Below are positions 62,094 to 64,000 of a stretch of DNA of 64,000 nucleotides, piece after piece (position 1 is the stretch's first letter; each line of letters begins with the position of its first letter). This DNA is from Podarcis cretensis (taxonomy: Eukaryota), in contig OX638160.1 of assembly GCA_951804945.1 (NCBI GenBank), positions 27,342,001 to 27,406,000 of the forward strand, given 5' to 3'. Made by a program: the position numbers and the translations under genes. The notes beneath the pieces are model-generated. The model did no database searches. It saw only the letters and a list, made by a program, of their open reading frames with translations, and was not told the DNA's origin.

Positions 62094-62229
62094 CAGGCAT
62101 GGCCAAACTTGGCCCTCCAGATGTTTTGAGACTACAACTCCCATCATCCCTAGCTAACAGGACCAGTGGTCAGGGGTGATAGGAATTGTAGTCCCCAAAC
62201 ATCTGGAGGGCCAAGCTTGGCCATGCCTG
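62094..62229. mobile_element. hAT-Charlie palindromic MITE
   Basis: TIR CAGGCATGGCCAAACTTGGCCCTCCAGATGTTT / AAACATCTGGAGGGCCAAGCTTGGCCATGCCTG; perfect TSD GCTTAGAG. Confidence 0.93.
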
Positions 62230-62409
62230 GCTTAGAGGCCATAGGTCAGGCTGTGTGGCATGCAGAACTCTGTTCTTCAACATAGTACTGTCTCTGTCTG
62301 CCTCACTCCCAGTACCTAACATCTGAGGCAGCTGCCTCAACTCTATCTAATGGTAGGGCTAGACAGTCCTGGAAAATAGATATATTGGCCTCGTTTGTAT
62401 ATGATAAAC

Positions 62410-62640
62410 TATAATAAATAATAATAATATATTTTTATTTATACCCCACCCTTCCCGGTTCAGTAAACCGGGCTCAGGGCAGCTAACAACAATTTTAAAA
62501 CACTTAATTGTAGAAGCAGCATAAAATACAATATAAAAACATGAATAACAATAAAATTCAAAGTTCAGAAATCAATTTGGGGAGAATCCATCTAATAAAC
62601 GTTAGATAATCACCAGGGCTAGCTGGCTGAATTAGTCCTA
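62410..62640 (-). mobile_element. L2-type 3' tail
   Basis: AT-rich tail, then TTTATACCCCACCCTTCCCGGTT..AACCGGGCTCAGGGCAGCTAACAAC (L2-type terminal stem-loop in reverse). Confidence 0.6.
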
Positions 62641-64000
62641 CATGTAAACAGACAGGTTGCTTTCTCTGGGAAGAGATGATTTGCCTCCTAGGGAACAGCA
62701 GTCTTTTATTGGAGAAAGCAAAGCCTCTCTGCTGCTTACTGTAAAGCTAGGTGAACTGGCTACTGAATAGGAGGGGGACTTAAGATATATGCACGGTGAC
62801 TATAACATGTGAATCAGCTCTAAATTCAGAGATGCAAATCAAATGCATGAGCTAATTTGGAACTGAAATAGGGAAGCGTTTGACTCAGTACAGAGTCTGG
62901 GCTATGCCATGCTTCAATAAAATGTGCCAATAAAAGGACACAAGCATCAATGTGCAGTAATTTATTTCTCCTTGAGAATCAAGTATGATGTTTGGAACCC
63001 TGAATGAGTCACAGTTACTATCCACTTAGTTCTCCTCCAGGATTTTCACAGCTGTACAGCACCCCATGTACAGTGCTGAGCCTCGAGATTCAAACTATTT
63101 ATACGTGTTTGTAGCTTGGGGGGGGGGGAAAGTGCCATTTGTCGCTAATGTGACATTCTGAGTCCAAGGAAAGTAAAATTCAAGGTGTGAAATTTTAGGT
63201 TAGTGGAGAAGACTGTGTTGAAATTTCTATTTCAATGGATGGGTAGATAAATTAGATTTAGTTTAAACTGGTTCTACTGAAACTGTTGCTGAAATAACCT
63301 ACTTCCTCACTCACTATGCACCAGGATAGAGTATGCAATAATATGGAAACTATTGGGATGTCCCACTGTGCATACAGAAGGTTATAAGATAAAAGTGGCA
63401 ATAATTAACTAGAGTTTTCACATTCAATCTTCATTGGCACTTTCATTCTCAGACAGATGTTTTTATGCAGCTTGTGAGACTTAGATACAGATGTAAACAT
63501 TTAGATGTAGTATGTAACGTTTTTCTTTGTCATATATTATAGAAAAAACACTCATGATATCGGCTAGAGAGGTCCCAATGTACAGGAAGGAGCTGCTGTA
63601 TTCTGAATTACTCTGCAAAAATATCTTAATTCTTTCCATAAAATCTGTATTAAAGAAGCACTGCAGATGGTTCTACCATGATGATTCTTTGTAGAACTAA
63701 AAGGAGGGGGGGTGGAGAGAGACTCTCTGTGTTTCAAAGTGCCTTGCCCCACTCTGTGGCTTAGGAACTCCCAGGGACTTTGCTGGATGGCCCATTGGAG
63801 CTAGATATAAAAGTTTTCTGGAGGGGATTGCTAGGCACTAGTTCCACAGGCTTTGGGGCTACTCTGAGATGTAAAGATGCTGAATATTGTTAACTGGTCT
63901 TTTGGTAAGACTGATGCTCACTTTTTGATCTATCTTAAAGGAACTGTTAACGTTATACTGCAGCAGTTTTATGTCTTCTATTACCCACACCTCCCTCAGA

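Overview
A 64 kb, AT-rich, CpG-poor vertebrate non-coding region. The repeat content points to a squamate, most likely a lacertid lizard: Sauria SINE, Squam3-type SINEs, a tRNA-Lys-derived POM-type SINE, Bov-B, CR1, L2 and Penelope. I recognise no complete host protein-coding gene. The window looks like a very long intron or gene desert with many MITEs, LINE 3' fragments, microsatellites, two assembly gaps and several TE-free, CNE-like blocks. The outstanding observation is at 56.8-57.4 kb: a CpG-rich 5' fragment of the TRIL gene (upstream sequence, ATG, signal peptide and LRR N-terminal cap, 64 codons). It is fused to one end of a Tc2/MER104-like DNA transposon and sits inside an older Harbinger-like MITE. 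This looks like a Pack-TIR-type gene-fragment capture that produces a chimeric 98-aa secreted-type ORF. Other points of interest are a Penelope (Neptune-type GIY-YIG) insertion with a 12-bp TSD and a minimal hammerhead ribozyme, a 27-nt candidate neural microexon, a candidate recursive-splice motif, a CTCF motif and several nested TE stacks. Family assignments come from recalled consensus features, not database searches.
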